A DNA stretch of 64,000 bases from Dehalococcoidia bacterium. GTDB taxonomy: Bacteria > Chloroflexota > Dehalococcoidia > Lucifugimonadales > JAAXIE01. Location of the stretch: positions 2,309,039 to 2,373,038 of the forward strand of contig OZ240229.1 in the NCBI GenBank assembly GCA_965197805.1. Direction: 5' to 3'. Both the position numbers and the translations under genes were made by a program. Position 1 is the first letter of the stretch; every line of letters begins with the position of its first letter. Below are positions 1 through 9,978 of the stretch, in pieces. The notes under the pieces were generated by a model. That model was not told the origin of the DNA. It searched no databases and was given only the letters and a program-made list of their open reading frames with translations.

Positions 1-1153
1 CCTCCTCCCAGCATCGCATCGAGTTGTCTTTAACGATCTGGTAGGCAGCTTCTCGCGATAGACCCTTCTCAACCAACGCCAGCAACACCCTCTGGCTGAA
101 GACTATTCCTCTGGTGCTCTCTAGGTTGTGCCACATGCGTTGCGGGTAGACCCTCATCCCGTCGGTCACATACCGGAAGAGGTCGAGTATGTAGTCCAAG
201 GCGAGGCAGGAGTCGGGCAACACCAAGCGTTCCGCCGAGGAATGGCTGATATCGCGTTCGTGCCAGAGGGCCACGTTCTCCATGGCGGTGAGGCTGTAGC
301 CACGAATCAAGCGGGCTAGCCCACACACTCGCTCCGTAAGTTCAGGGTTGCGCTTGTGCGGCATGGCTGAGGAGCCGGTCTGCCCTGCTCCAAAGGGTTC
401 CTCCACCTCACGCACCTCGGTACGCTGTAGTGAGCGTATCTCAGTGGCGAATTTCTCGAGCGAGCTGGCGATGAGCGCTAGGGTGACCACAAAGTGAGCG
501 TGGCGGTCCCGTTGCACTATCTGGTTCGAGACCGGCTCGGGCGTTAGGCCCAATTCACCACACACTCGCTGCTCGATAATGGGAGGGACTGTGGCATGAG
601 TGCCCACGGCCCCTGAGATCTTGCCCACGGCAATACCGTCAGTGGCTTGCTTCAAACGCAGCCTCTGCCGGTTGACCTCGTCCCACCACAACGCCAGCTT
701 AAGCCCAAAGGAGGTGGGCTCGGCATGGACGCCGTGGGTACGCCCCATCATGGGCGTGTCCTTGTGCTCCAAGGCCTGACGGTGAAGCACCTCGGCGAGG
801 GCATCGATATCTTGCATGAGTATTTTCGAGGCCTCGATAAGCTGTAAGGCCAAGGCAGTGTCCATGACATCGCTGGAAGTCAGGCCTTGGTGAATCCAGC
901 GTCCGGCATCACCCAAGTTGTGGGTCACTGAGGCGATGAACGCGGTAACGTCATGCCTCGTTCGTTGAAACGCTTCCTCCATGCGCTGCGGGTCAAATCG
1001 GGCCCGGCGCAGGTTCTGCATGTCCTCGACGGGGATGACACCCTCGTCGGTCCATGCCTGGCAGGCCGCCAATTCGACCTCAAGCCACTTGGCGTACTTG
1101 TTCTCGTCGGACCACACCCACTTCATTTCCGGGCGGCTGTAACGGTCTATCAT
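1..1153 (-). CDS. purB: Adenylosuccinate lyase (3' end runs off the window start)
   Basis: Hand translation of the minus strand from ATG at 1153 gives [27 protein letters not shown]...[16 protein letters not shown]...[10 protein letters not shown], which contains the fumarate-lyase SSxMPxKxN signature. It is absent from the ORF track because it is truncated by the window edge. Confidence 0.9.
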   Translation of the reverse strand, partial: MIDRYSRPEMKWVWSDENKYAKWLEVELAACQAWTDEGVIPVEDMQNLRRARFDPQRMEEAFQRTRHDVTAFIASVTHNLGDAGRWIHQGLTSSDVMDTALALQLIEASKILMQDIDALAEVLHRQALEHKDTPMMGRTHGVHAEPTSFGLKLALWWDEVNRQRLRLKQATDGIAVGKISGAVGTHATVPPIIEQRVCGELGLTPEPVSNQIVQRDRHAHFVVTLALIASSLEKFATEIRSLQRTEVREVEEPFGAGQTGSSAMPHKRNPELTERVCGLARLIRGYSLTAMENVALWHERDISHSSAERLVLPDSCLALDYILDLFRYVTDGMRVYPQRMWHNLESTRGIVFSQRVLLALVEKGLSREAAYQIVKDNSMRCWEE

Positions 1154-1212
1154 CGGGGTCTCACCTCGTCACCGCTCACCTTAGTCTGACCTTCGCCTTC
1201 CCTGATACCCAG

Positions 1213-1881
1213 TTAGGACCTGACATTCGTTCGGGGCCTGATTTTCAGTTGGGCCAGCACTTGGTGGAAATCCTCGAATTCGTGGCAGGGCACGCCTTCG
1301 CTGGCACACTTTTCGACCAAATGGCTGCGGGCAAACACCATATCCGCCTTGGAGGCGGGGCAGAAGTCGGACGTGCCGTCGCCGACGTAAGCGGTGTCGT
1401 AGCCTGCCCTACGGTAGGCCCAGAGCGCCACGCACTTGCAGGTGCCCCACTTTGTGCAGCCGTCCCACGTATGGGGGTAACGGTAGCTGATGCCGTTGGG
1501 TGTAAAGCTAGTCTCCACGGAGTAGGTCTTAACGCCGCTGATGTGTTCCCGCTGCAGGATGGCATCAATGTAAAAATCGAGGCCGAGGCTGGCGACGGCT
1601 AGAGGGATCTCAGCCCGCCGGCAGTGCTCCAATAGCTGGTGAAAGCCGTCGCGAACTATGACCTCGCTTTCGACGTAGCAGCGCATTTCCTCCTCGGCAA
1701 CTGTCACGGCGTCAAAAGACCGCTCTTGGTACTGCCGGAAGTTGATGTCCCCTTGACGCAACTGCTGCCGTAGCACCTGCCATTTGCCTTGCCCAAAGCG
1801 GTCCAGCAAAAGCTGGGCGACATTCTGCAGGGCTATGGTGTCGTCGAAGTCGCAGAGCACCGCCAGTGGGCGATCAGCCAT
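1213..1881 (-). CDS. HAD-superfamily phosphatase, MtnX/PSP-like
   Basis: ORF 1213..1908. The HAD motif I DxDxT is present (LCDFDDTI) and a late GDGTSD motif. The likely start is MADRPL at 1881, overlapping the purE stop. Confidence 0.6.
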   Translation of the reverse strand: MADRPLAVLCDFDDTIALQNVAQLLLDRFGQGKWQVLRQQLRQGDINFRQYQERSFDAVTVAEEEMRCYVESEVIVRDGFHQLLEHCRRAEIPLAVASLGLDFYIDAILQREHISGVKTYSVETSFTPNGISYRYPHTWDGCTKWGTCKCVALWAYRRAGYDTAYVGDGTSDFCPASKADMVFARSHLVEKCASEGVPCHEFEDFHQVLAQLKIRPRTNVRS

Positions 1882-2356
1882 CTCTTTGTTTGCGTCGGTA
1901 CTCCTCATACGCCTTCTTGATCTCTTCGTACTTCAGGCCCAGGATGGACGCTGCCATGAAAGCCGCATTGCGAGCACCCCAGTTGCCCACAGCCATACAG
2001 CCTACGGGGACTCCGGGAGGCATCTGCGCGATGGCCATCAGTGCGTCGATGCCGTTGAGTTCGCTCGAGGCCACTGGCACACCCAAGACGGGCAGCGTTG
2101 TCCACGCTGCGATGGCGCCCGGAAGGGCGGCGGCGCCACCAGCCAGACCGATGAACAACTCGACGCCACGCTGAGGGGCTTCTTCTACATAGCTGGCCAA
2201 TCGCCCTGGTGCTCGGTGAGCCGAAAGTACCCGGACTTCATAGTCGATGCCCAGTTGTTCCAGCACCTGTACTACCTGCTGGGCCACAGGGTCATCGGAA
2301 GAGCTGCCCATGACTATGCCCACACGCGGCAAAATCTGACCTCCTTGGGCGAGCAT
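1874..2356 (-). CDS. purE: N5-carboxyaminoimidazole ribonucleotide mutase
   Basis: 160 aa with [14 protein letters not shown] and GGAAALPG motifs typical of PurE. It sits in a purine gene context. Confidence 0.9.
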   Translation of the reverse strand: MLAQGGQILPRVGIVMGSSSDDPVAQQVVQVLEQLGIDYEVRVLSAHRAPGRLASYVEEAPQRGVELFIGLAGGAAALPGAIAAWTTLPVLGVPVASSELNGIDALMAIAQMPPGVPVGCMAVGNWGARNAAFMAASILGLKYEEIKKAYEEYRRKQRDG

Positions 2357-2379
2357 GCATGAATAAGTCAGTGCAGGGA

Positions 2380-2907
2380 CTAGAGCAGGCCTAGTTCATC
2401 GGCGAAGCCCCTCTTGAGCGCTTCACGCAATGCCATGTCATTCGTGGGTACGTCCTCGCCATTGACTTGCCAGTAGATGTGGTCGTCCTCCAAGCCAATG
2501 TCAATCGCCAGCTCACACTCACCGTTTGACCAGACAAGTATAGCAGAAGCTACCTCCTGCTCCTCCGCCTCGTCGTTCTCGTCCTCGTCCTCGTCTTCGT
2601 CATCATCCTCGTCTTCTTCCGGCTCGTCATCATCGGCCTCGTCCCTATCCAGTTCGTCTTCATCATCTTCATCCGCGTCTTCGTCGTCCCAGGGCAGGTA
2701 CACCTCCAGCTCTCCCTGCCCATCCAGCAGGACACGGTTCATCTCTGCCAGGTATGTTTCGGGCTGCAGTTCCTCGAAGGCGGTCCGTATTAGCCCCAGC
2801 CGCGCTTCTAGCTCTTCCTCCCCGATCTCGCGCGGTTCCGGGGGCTGCTGTTGAGCAGCCGTAATCGACTCGCGAAACTTCTGAAGGTCGTCGGCCCACT
2901 CCATCAA
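2380..2907 (-). CDS. Hypothetical highly acidic protein with a long D/E tract
   Basis: 175 aa ORF with a central D/E run of about 60 residues (DDEDADEDDEDELDRDEADDDEPEEDEDDDEDEDEDENDEAEEQE). Its start overlaps the purD stop by 4 nt. No homolog recognised. Confidence 0.5.
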   Translation of the reverse strand: MMEWADDLQKFRESITAAQQQPPEPREIGEEELEARLGLIRTAFEELQPETYLAEMNRVLLDGQGELEVYLPWDDEDADEDDEDELDRDEADDDEPEEDEDDDEDEDEDENDEAEEQEVASAILVWSNGECELAIDIGLEDDHIYWQVNGEDVPTNDMALREALKRGFADELGLL

Positions 2908-4223
2908 AGCTCTCCTCCAACTTGCCCTAGGGTTACACCTGAATCCGCGACAGGCATTGACGCTAGCAGGGCGATATCCCGCCGGTAATAGGAGTCGTTG
3001 AAGCTGATTCTATCGATGTTGGCGTACGCCCGCTGGCGAGCGGCAGCCAAGTTCCCCCCTCGCCCCACCACTGTCAGCACGCGGCCTCCGTCGGTCGAGA
3101 TGACTTCCTCGTCCGGAGGCATGACAGTGCCAGCGTGGAAGACGAGGATGTCGTCGTCGACATCCTCCAGCCCACCAATCGGCAATCCTCGCCGATAGTC
3201 GCCAGGGTATCCCCCAGACACCAGCACGACGCCAACACAAGCCTCCTTCGACCACCGCACGTCGCATCGGGAGATGTCGCCACTTGCGCAGGCTTTCAGC
3301 ACAGGCAGTAGGTCAGCCTCCAATAGAGGCAACACCACCTGAGCTTCTGGGTCTCCGAAGCGACAGTTGAACTCCAGCAGCTTGGGTCCCTCGTCCGTGA
3401 GCATCAGACCAGCGTATAGCATACCTCTGTAGGGCGTGCCTCTCTGGGCCATGGCGGTGACCGTTGGCTGCATGATAGTGCGGCGCACCTGCTCTTCGAG
3501 CGCCGGGGTCCAAGTCGATGGAGGCGTATAGCATCCCATTCCACCGGTATTCGGCCCCTCGTCGCCGTCCAGAGCGCGTTTGTAGTCGCAGGCTGCTACC
3601 ATCGACGAGAGTTGTTCGCCGTCAGAGAACGCGAAAACACTTATCTCAGTACCCCTGAGCCTTTCCTCCAGCACGATACTGTCCCCAGCAGTGCCAAAGG
3701 ACCTTTGAGTCATGCAGAGGTAAACAGCAGCCAGAGCCTCCCTCCGGTCCTCACATAACAGTGCGCCCTTCCCCGCAGCCAAGCCATCGGCCTTCACCAC
3801 GATGGGGCCATCGTGTCGCTCCAAGAAGGCCTCGGCATCAGCAGGGTCGGCGAACACTTTGAAGTCGGGACCGGGCACACCCAGTTCTTGCGTGAGGCAC
3901 CGAGCGAAGGACTTGCTCCACTCCAGCTGTGCACCCGCGCGTGTCGCGCCGAACACTGCTAGGCCCTGCTGCTGGAAAGTATCGGACAGCCCGGCCGCCA
4001 AGGGGATCTCGGGCCCTACTACTGTCAGGCCTAATGAGCGCTCTCGGACCAGCCTCAATAGGCCATCTACGTCGTCGGCGGCTACGGGCACGTTCTCAGC
4101 AATGGAGGCGGTACCGCCGTTGCCGGGAGCTACAACGAGTCGGCCCACGGACGCGCTTTGCCGCAGCTTCCACGCGAGGGCGTGCTCGCGGGCGCCGCTA
4201 CCAACAATGAGGATGTCTGTCAT
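2904..4223 (-). CDS. purD: Phosphoribosylamine-glycine ligase
   Basis: ORF 2904..4259 with the ILIVGSGAREHALAWKL N-terminus and an ATP-grasp body. MTDILIVG at 4223 is the more typical start and avoids overlap with guaA. Confidence 0.9.
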   Translation of the reverse strand: MTDILIVGSGAREHALAWKLRQSASVGRLVVAPGNGGTASIAENVPVAADDVDGLLRLVRERSLGLTVVGPEIPLAAGLSDTFQQQGLAVFGATRAGAQLEWSKSFARCLTQELGVPGPDFKVFADPADAEAFLERHDGPIVVKADGLAAGKGALLCEDRREALAAVYLCMTQRSFGTAGDSIVLEERLRGTEISVFAFSDGEQLSSMVAACDYKRALDGDEGPNTGGMGCYTPPSTWTPALEEQVRRTIMQPTVTAMAQRGTPYRGMLYAGLMLTDEGPKLLEFNCRFGDPEAQVVLPLLEADLLPVLKACASGDISRCDVRWSKEACVGVVLVSGGYPGDYRRGLPIGGLEDVDDDILVFHAGTVMPPDEEVISTDGGRVLTVVGRGGNLAAARQRAYANIDRISFNDSYYRRDIALLASMPVADSGVTLGQVGGEL

Positions 4224-4245
4224 AAGCTGAAAGGCAGAAGGGAGT

Positions 4246-5907
4246 TCATTCCCATTCAATGGTACCGGGTGGCTTGCTGGTCACGTCGTACACTACACGG
4301 GTGACGCCCGGCACTTCATTAGCAATTCGGTTGGAAATGCGCGACAGCACCTCGTAGGGCAGGCGCACCCAGTCGGCGGTCATAGCATCTTCGCTGGTGA
4401 CGGCGCGTATGGCCGCCACATGTCCATAGGCCCGGAAATCGCCGGTGACGCCCACGCTCTGCGTATCGGTGAGCACAGCAAAAGTCTGCCACAACTGGTG
4501 GTACAGGTTGGAGCCTTTGATTTCGTCGATGACGATCCAGTCGCAAGCCCTCAGCATCTCCAGCTTCTCGGCGGTCACCTTTCCCATGACGCGTATGGCC
4601 AAGCCGGGGCCGGGGAAGGGCTGCCGGTAGACGACTTCCTGGGGCAGGCCCAAGGCTAGCCCTACCTCGCGGACCTCGTCCTTGAACAGGTCTCTAAGTG
4701 GCTCAACCAGCTTCAAAGTCATGTGCTCCGGAAGGCCGCCTACGTTGTGGTGGGTCTTGATCTTGGCCGAGGCGCGGTCCCCCGGCGCCTGGCTTTCTAT
4801 GACGTCGGGGTACAGGGTACCTTGGGCAAGGTACTCGGTGTCGCCCAACTCTACCGCAGACTCCTCGAACACCCGGATGAACTCCTCCCCCACCACATGG
4901 CGTTTCTGTTCAGGGTCGACTACGCCCTCCAAGCGGCGCAGGAACCGCTCCGAGGCATCCACATAGAGCATGTTCAGCTTGAGCCTGTTCTGGAAGGTGT
5001 CCAACACACGCTCCGGCTCTTCCCGACGCATCAAGCCGTTGTTCACGAATATAGACGTGAGCTGATTCCCGATAGCCTCGTGTATGAGGGCCGCCGTGAC
5101 TGCCGAATCGACACCCCCCGACAACGCGCAGATGACCTTCCCGGAGCCGACTTGGTCGCGCACCGCTTGGACCGACTGCTCGATGAAGTTGTCCGGCGTC
5201 CATTTGGCGTCGCAGTTGCAAACGCTGAACAGGAAGTTTTCCAGAATCGTTTTACCGTTGGCGGTGTGCACGACCTCAGGGTGGAACTGCAAGCCTAGAA
5301 TGTTGGCTCCGTTCCCTATGGCTGCCATGGGTGAACTATCGGTGTAGGCCAAGGAGCGAAACCCCGGGGGAAGCTCCACGATCTGGTCGGAGTGGCTCAT
5401 CCATACTGGCATCGAGGTGGGTAGATCAGCGAATAGGGGGGCATCGGATTGGTTCTGGTGCAGGACGGCGTGCCCGTACTCCCGGGTCTCCCCAGAGTCG
5501 ACCCTTCCGCCGAGCTGTTGCACCAAGGCTTGAGTGCCATAACAGATGCCCAGAATCGGTAGGCCATGCTGGTACACCCACGCCGGAGGCATCGGAGCGC
5601 CGGAGTCGTAGACGGAAGCCGGACCGCCGGAAAGTATGATACCCCGCGGGTTCGCAGCAGCTACGTCTTGCCAGGTTGCAGTAGGTGGCACGACGGCGCA
5701 GTAGGCTCGCATCTCCCGCACCCGCCGCGCGATGAGGCGGCTGTATTGGGAGCCGAAGTCAACCACGACCACACCATGAGCCCCAGCTGATTCGGACGCG
5801 CCAGTGGGGGTGCCTTCCCTCTCTTGGGCAATCTCCAGATAGGCGGAGACCTCTAGGTGGTCGCTGGTGGAGACCCTTCTGCTGGAGTCTGCCCGTCGTT
5901 CAGTCAT
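4246..5907 (-). CDS. guaA: GMP synthase (glutamine-hydrolysing)
   Basis: 553 aa with a GATase domain (VVVDFGSQYSRLIARRVRE, ICYG), the ATP-PPase SGGVDS motif, and a C-terminal PPGTIEWE. It carries an N-terminal extension of about 45 aa, so the start is uncertain. Confidence 0.9.
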   Translation of the reverse strand: MTERRADSSRRVSTSDHLEVSAYLEIAQEREGTPTGASESAGAHGVVVVDFGSQYSRLIARRVREMRAYCAVVPPTATWQDVAAANPRGIILSGGPASVYDSGAPMPPAWVYQHGLPILGICYGTQALVQQLGGRVDSGETREYGHAVLHQNQSDAPLFADLPTSMPVWMSHSDQIVELPPGFRSLAYTDSSPMAAIGNGANILGLQFHPEVVHTANGKTILENFLFSVCNCDAKWTPDNFIEQSVQAVRDQVGSGKVICALSGGVDSAVTAALIHEAIGNQLTSIFVNNGLMRREEPERVLDTFQNRLKLNMLYVDASERFLRRLEGVVDPEQKRHVVGEEFIRVFEESAVELGDTEYLAQGTLYPDVIESQAPGDRASAKIKTHHNVGGLPEHMTLKLVEPLRDLFKDEVREVGLALGLPQEVVYRQPFPGPGLAIRVMGKVTAEKLEMLRACDWIVIDEIKGSNLYHQLWQTFAVLTDTQSVGVTGDFRAYGHVAAIRAVTSEDAMTADWVRLPYEVLSRISNRIANEVPGVTRVVYDVTSKPPGTIEWE

Positions 5908-6056
5908 AGCGCAGATATTGTATCACCATCTTCAACGACCACAAGGGGTAGGATGCGCTCCAGCAAGAACCAACCGAACGTCTCGACCCAACTTAGCACC
6001 CATGCTATACTTGGTCAAGTTGGCTGGGGGTACGTTGGCCCCTGGGGAATGCCCCC

Positions 6057-6698
6057 ATGATATCCCATTGTATTTGGAGAGAGTTGCTGTCCGACGACCG
6101 AATACATCGAGCCGTGGAGCGCTTGCGACAGGGAGGCCTCGTTGCTTTCCCGACGGATACTCTCTACGCTTTGGGGGCCGATGCCTTCAACTCTCAAGCG
6201 GTTCAACGAGTTTTTCGCGCGAAACACCGGCCACCCGACATGGGACTGCCCCTGCTGCTCTCAGATTCTGATATGTTGCCACAGGTCGCCACAGATGTGC
6301 CGCCAATAGCTAAAGCCTTGGCTGATAGGTTCTGGCCCGGCTCCCTGACCATACTGCTGCCCAAGTCGGTGAAAGTGTCCGACATGGTCACAGGCGGCCA
6401 CAACACAGTCGCGGTACGGGTTCCCGACCACGCACTAGCATTGGAACTGATCGCCGCTCTAGGTAACCCCATAACCGGCACGAGTGCGAACGTCACCGGA
6501 GGGCCCGACCCCGTTACGCCCCAGCATGTAAGAGAGCAAATGGGCGCGTCTTGCGACATGGTACTGGATGACGGGAAGGCGGAGCTGGGAGTCTCTTCGA
6601 CTATTATCGATCTGGCGACTGCCCGGCCAACTCTGGTGCGGGCTGGAGCCATACCATGGGAGGACATCGAACCCTTCCTCATGGCGAGCGCGGGATGA
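6057..6698 (+). CDS. tsaC: L-threonylcarbamoyladenylate synthase (TsaC/YwlC/Sua5 family)
   Basis: 213 aa with GGLVAFPTDTLYALGADA, RVFRAKHRP and NPITGTSAN motifs. Confidence 0.85.
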   Translation: MISHCIWRELLSDDRIHRAVERLRQGGLVAFPTDTLYALGADAFNSQAVQRVFRAKHRPPDMGLPLLLSDSDMLPQVATDVPPIAKALADRFWPGSLTILLPKSVKVSDMVTGGHNTVAVRVPDHALALELIAALGNPITGTSANVTGGPDPVTPQHVREQMGASCDMVLDDGKAELGVSSTIIDLATARPTLVRAGAIPWEDIEPFLMASAG

Positions 6699-7561
6699 AG
6701 ATGGCTACATCTCAGGTAAACCGCTTCGGTAGAGTCCTCCAAACGGAGATCGAGCGCACCGTGGCCAGCCCGGTGCGACTTCTACACGACATGCTGTCCT
6801 TCCAGACCGCGAACGAATCGTCGGAAGGAGACACCCAGCGCCTTCCGTGGCCACGAGGAACCCTTTGCCTGCTGGTTGGTGCGGGCCTATCCGGCGAGCA
6901 TCGTGCTGCTTTGCCAATGGCGGCCGCAGTGGAGCTCGCCCACCAGCAGTTCGTCGTCCATCATGGCATCGAATTAACTGGCAACCAGTTAGTCGGCGAC
7001 GACACTCGTATCGAGGGGCGCTGGGGGTGTGGGCAAGCTATCAACGCTGGCGACGGAATGCACGCGTTGGCCAGACTGTCGCTCATGCGTCTTGGTGACA
7101 ACGGCTGCGACGCAGAAGCCGTGCTGGGAGCCCTTCGAGCTTTCGACGATGCTTGTGCTCGCACCTGTGAGGGCCTTCATCGGGAGTTGCTGGCCCATAA
7201 TAGCTACTGGAACGTTGACGGATATGTCGAGATGGCTGCGCTCAAGACTGGCTCTCTCATGGGCTGCGCCGCCCAGTTGGGAGCCTTGATTGCCGGGAAA
7301 GGCGCCGGGGAGCAACAACGGTTCCAGCAGTGTGGTGCCGACTTGGGCGTGGCATTGCAGATAAGCGAGGAGGCCGCCACCTCGAACAGCTTCCGAGCGG
7401 GCCGCTTCAGAAAGGACTTGGAGCAGGCAGCACGACATAAGGTGCGTCAAGCAGGGGAGGGCATGCGTGGGCTCGGATTGGGCCATGAGGCCTTGGTCGA
7501 GTTGGAACGACTAGCTGAGGCAATTCTATCAGCAGTTGGAGCGGAGGAGAGGCTTGACTAA
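6695..7561 (+). CDS. Polyprenyl-synthase-like protein lacking both Asp-rich motifs
   Basis: ORF 6656..7561. The likely start is ATG 6695, overlapping the tsaC stop (ATGA). AAAVELAHQQFVVHHGIEL and GVALQISEEAAT align to the FARM and SARM regions, but DDxxD is replaced by HHGIE and SEEAA. Confidence 0.5.
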   Translation: MKMATSQVNRFGRVLQTEIERTVASPVRLLHDMLSFQTANESSEGDTQRLPWPRGTLCLLVGAGLSGEHRAALPMAAAVELAHQQFVVHHGIELTGNQLVGDDTRIEGRWGCGQAINAGDGMHALARLSLMRLGDNGCDAEAVLGALRAFDDACARTCEGLHRELLAHNSYWNVDGYVEMAALKTGSLMGCAAQLGALIAGKGAGEQQRFQQCGADLGVALQISEEAATSNSFRAGRFRKDLEQAARHKVRQAGEGMRGLGLGHEALVELERLAEAILSAVGAEERLD

Positions 7562-7577
7562 GCGGTGCCTGCAGGAT

Positions 7578-8750
7578 ATGGACGTTTTTGATAAGAGGGT
7601 GCTGGTTCGCGTCGACTTCAATGTGCCCATAGAGCAGGGACGCGAGTACATCGCCTCCTACGACCACCGCCTGCGCCAGACACTGCCCACCATCATGCAC
7701 CTTCAGTACAGGGGAGCGAGAATCGTCCTCTGTTCCCACTTGGGAAGGCCCGCAGGCAAGGTGGTGGACGAATTGCGCCTGTGGCCCGTGGGCGACCGCT
7801 TGTCCGTCCTGCTGGGTGCACCGGTTACGTCAATAGACCAGTGCGCGGGCGCGAGCGTTTCGTCCGACGTCGACGGCATGGCCCCGGGTGAGGTGCTGCT
7901 GCTCGAGAACCTGCGGTTTCACGCGGAGGAAGAGGCTAACGACGCCGATTTCGCCAAGGAACTGGCCGCGTTGGCCGACCTGTTCGTGATGGACGCCTTC
8001 GCTGTGGCACACCGCGCTCACGCCTCCACGGTTGGTGTCCCTCGCTACGTACCCTCGTGCGCGGGCATGCTGTTGCAGCGTGAAGTCGAGTTTCTGGACC
8101 GGGCGCTGGCATCGCCGGAGAAGCCGGTGGGCGCGCTGTTGGGCGGAGCCAAGGTCAGCGACAAGATTACCCTGCTGGACAACCTGGTAGGCAGGGTGGA
8201 CCGGGTCTGTATAGGCGGGGCCATGGCCTCCACATTCCTCAAGGCCCAAGGCTATGATGTGGGGGCTTCCATGGTGGAAGAGGACCGCTTGGAGTACGCT
8301 TCCTGCTTTCTGCAGCGGGCATCCAGTGAAGGGATGCAGGTGCTCTTGCCCACCGACGTCACCGTGTCCAAGGGATTGAGCGACACTGCCGGCCCGCAGA
8401 CTTCCGATGCCCATGCTGTGCCCGCCGGGCTTTGCGTCTTCGACATTGGTCCCCAAACGGCCAGTGACTACGGCGCAGCCATGAGCGATTGCAAGACCAT
8501 TATCTGGAACGGGCCGATGGGTGTGTTCGAACGCGCCCCCTTCAGGCTTGGCACGGAGCGAGTGGCTCAAGCTGTGGCCGACAGTGATGCCGTCTCTATA
8601 GTTGGAGGAGGCTCCACCGCTGAGGTGGTCGAGACCTTGGGCCTGAGTGACAAGATAAGTCATGTCTCCACCGGTGGAGGCGCCGCCTTGGAGTACCTTG
8701 AAGGAAAGGAACTGCCAGGCATCGCCGCCCTGCCCGACGCAGAGACTTAG
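7578..8750 (+). CDS. pgk: Phosphoglycerate kinase
   Basis: ORF 7536..8750. MDVFDKRVLVRVDFNVP at 7578 is the canonical N-terminus. GGGSTAE and STGGGA motifs lie near the C-terminus. Confidence 0.9.
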   Translation: MDVFDKRVLVRVDFNVPIEQGREYIASYDHRLRQTLPTIMHLQYRGARIVLCSHLGRPAGKVVDELRLWPVGDRLSVLLGAPVTSIDQCAGASVSSDVDGMAPGEVLLLENLRFHAEEEANDADFAKELAALADLFVMDAFAVAHRAHASTVGVPRYVPSCAGMLLQREVEFLDRALASPEKPVGALLGGAKVSDKITLLDNLVGRVDRVCIGGAMASTFLKAQGYDVGASMVEEDRLEYASCFLQRASSEGMQVLLPTDVTVSKGLSDTAGPQTSDAHAVPAGLCVFDIGPQTASDYGAAMSDCKTIIWNGPMGVFERAPFRLGTERVAQAVADSDAVSIVGGGSTAEVVETLGLSDKISHVSTGGGAALEYLEGKELPGIAALPDAET

Positions 8751-8764
8751 GGGTTACGGGAATC

Positions 8765-9976
8765 ATGAGTGCAATTGATAACGAGGCCTTGAGAGGCTCT
8801 TTCGCTACCACGCCTTCCAAGATTCTGATGCTGGTGGTGGACGGCTTAGGGGGACTACCCCACCCCGACACTAGATTGTCAGAGTTAGAGACCGCCAGTC
8901 TGCCCAATCTGGATGCCCTAGCACGCGAGAGCGCTTGTGGCCACACTATTCCGGTGCAGACGGGCGTGGCCCCAGGCAGCGGGCCGGGCCATCTTGCACT
9001 ATTCGGCTACGACCCCATCAAGTACCTTATCGGACGTGGGGCTCTGGAGGCCTTGGGCATAGACGTGGAGCTCGCAGAGGGCGATGTGGCCGCCCGTGGC
9101 AACTTCTGCACCGTCGACGCCCAAGGCAACCTGACCGATCGCCGCGCAGGGCGCATTCCGACCGCAGAAAGCGCGCCACTCTGTAGCATCCTACAGGACA
9201 TAACACTGGACGGCGTGGAGGCTACAGTGTACCCAGTGCAGGACTATCGTTTCGTCCTCCACCTGCGAGGAAGGGACCTCAGCGATCAGGTAAGCGAGAC
9301 CGACCCGCAGCAGAGCGGCGTCCGCGCGTTGGAGGCGCAAGCCCTGTCGCCTGCGGGGTTGAAAACGGCCGCCGTGGTGCGTCAGTTCGTCGACTCGGCA
9401 GCGAGGCTGTTGTCGGAGCGGGACAGGGCCAACATGATAATGTTACGGGGCTTCTCCCAATTGCCCCACCTGCCTTCCATGGGTGATGCCTTCCAGCTTA
9501 ACCCCGGAGCCATCGCAGCATACCCGATGTACCGCGGACTGGCTTCCGTAGCCGGTATGCGGGTCATACCCACGGGAAGCACCTTCACCGACGAGATATA
9601 TACCCTGCGGGAGCACTATCACGAGCACGACTTCTTCTTCCTCCATTACAAACCTGCCGATGCTGCAGGTGAGGACGGCAACTTCAAGGGTAAAGTGGCA
9701 GCCTTGGAGGCCTTGGACAGGCACATACCGGACCTTCTGGACCTAGACCCCGATGTATTGCTTGTGGCGGGCGATCACTCGACCCCGGCCATCATGGCCA
9801 GCCACAGCTGGCACCCTGTGCCCTTCATGATTCGGTCGAAATGGACCCGTGGGGAGGGTGTTGATGCCTTCTCGGAGCGCGACTGCGTAGGGGGCTCACT
9901 CGGCACCTTCCCCGCCAGCGATGTGATGCTGTTGGCCACGGCGCATGCTGGTAAACTGCTGAAGTTCGGACCATAG
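8765..9976 (+). CDS. apgM: 2,3-bisphosphoglycerate-independent phosphoglycerate mutase, archaeal (ApgM) type
   Basis: 403 aa with KILMLVVDGLGGLPHP and GDHSTP motifs. It lies between pgk and tpiA. Confidence 0.85.
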   Translation: MSAIDNEALRGSFATTPSKILMLVVDGLGGLPHPDTRLSELETASLPNLDALARESACGHTIPVQTGVAPGSGPGHLALFGYDPIKYLIGRGALEALGIDVELAEGDVAARGNFCTVDAQGNLTDRRAGRIPTAESAPLCSILQDITLDGVEATVYPVQDYRFVLHLRGRDLSDQVSETDPQQSGVRALEAQALSPAGLKTAAVVRQFVDSAARLLSERDRANMIMLRGFSQLPHLPSMGDAFQLNPGAIAAYPMYRGLASVAGMRVIPTGSTFTDEIYTLREHYHEHDFFFLHYKPADAAGEDGNFKGKVAALEALDRHIPDLLDLDPDVLLVAGDHSTPAIMASHSWHPVPFMIRSKWTRGEGVDAFSERDCVGGSLGTFPASDVMLLATAHAGKLLKFGP

Positions 9977-9978
9977 TT

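Noticed and set aside
2560-2700. The GTC/CTC/GTCTTC trinucleotide periodicity could be a microsatellite or contingency locus.
   Set aside because: It is the coding image of the Asp/Glu tract on the minus strand. The codons are mixed (GAC/GAT/GAG/GAA) rather than a pure repeat, so slippage-driven phase variation is unlikely.
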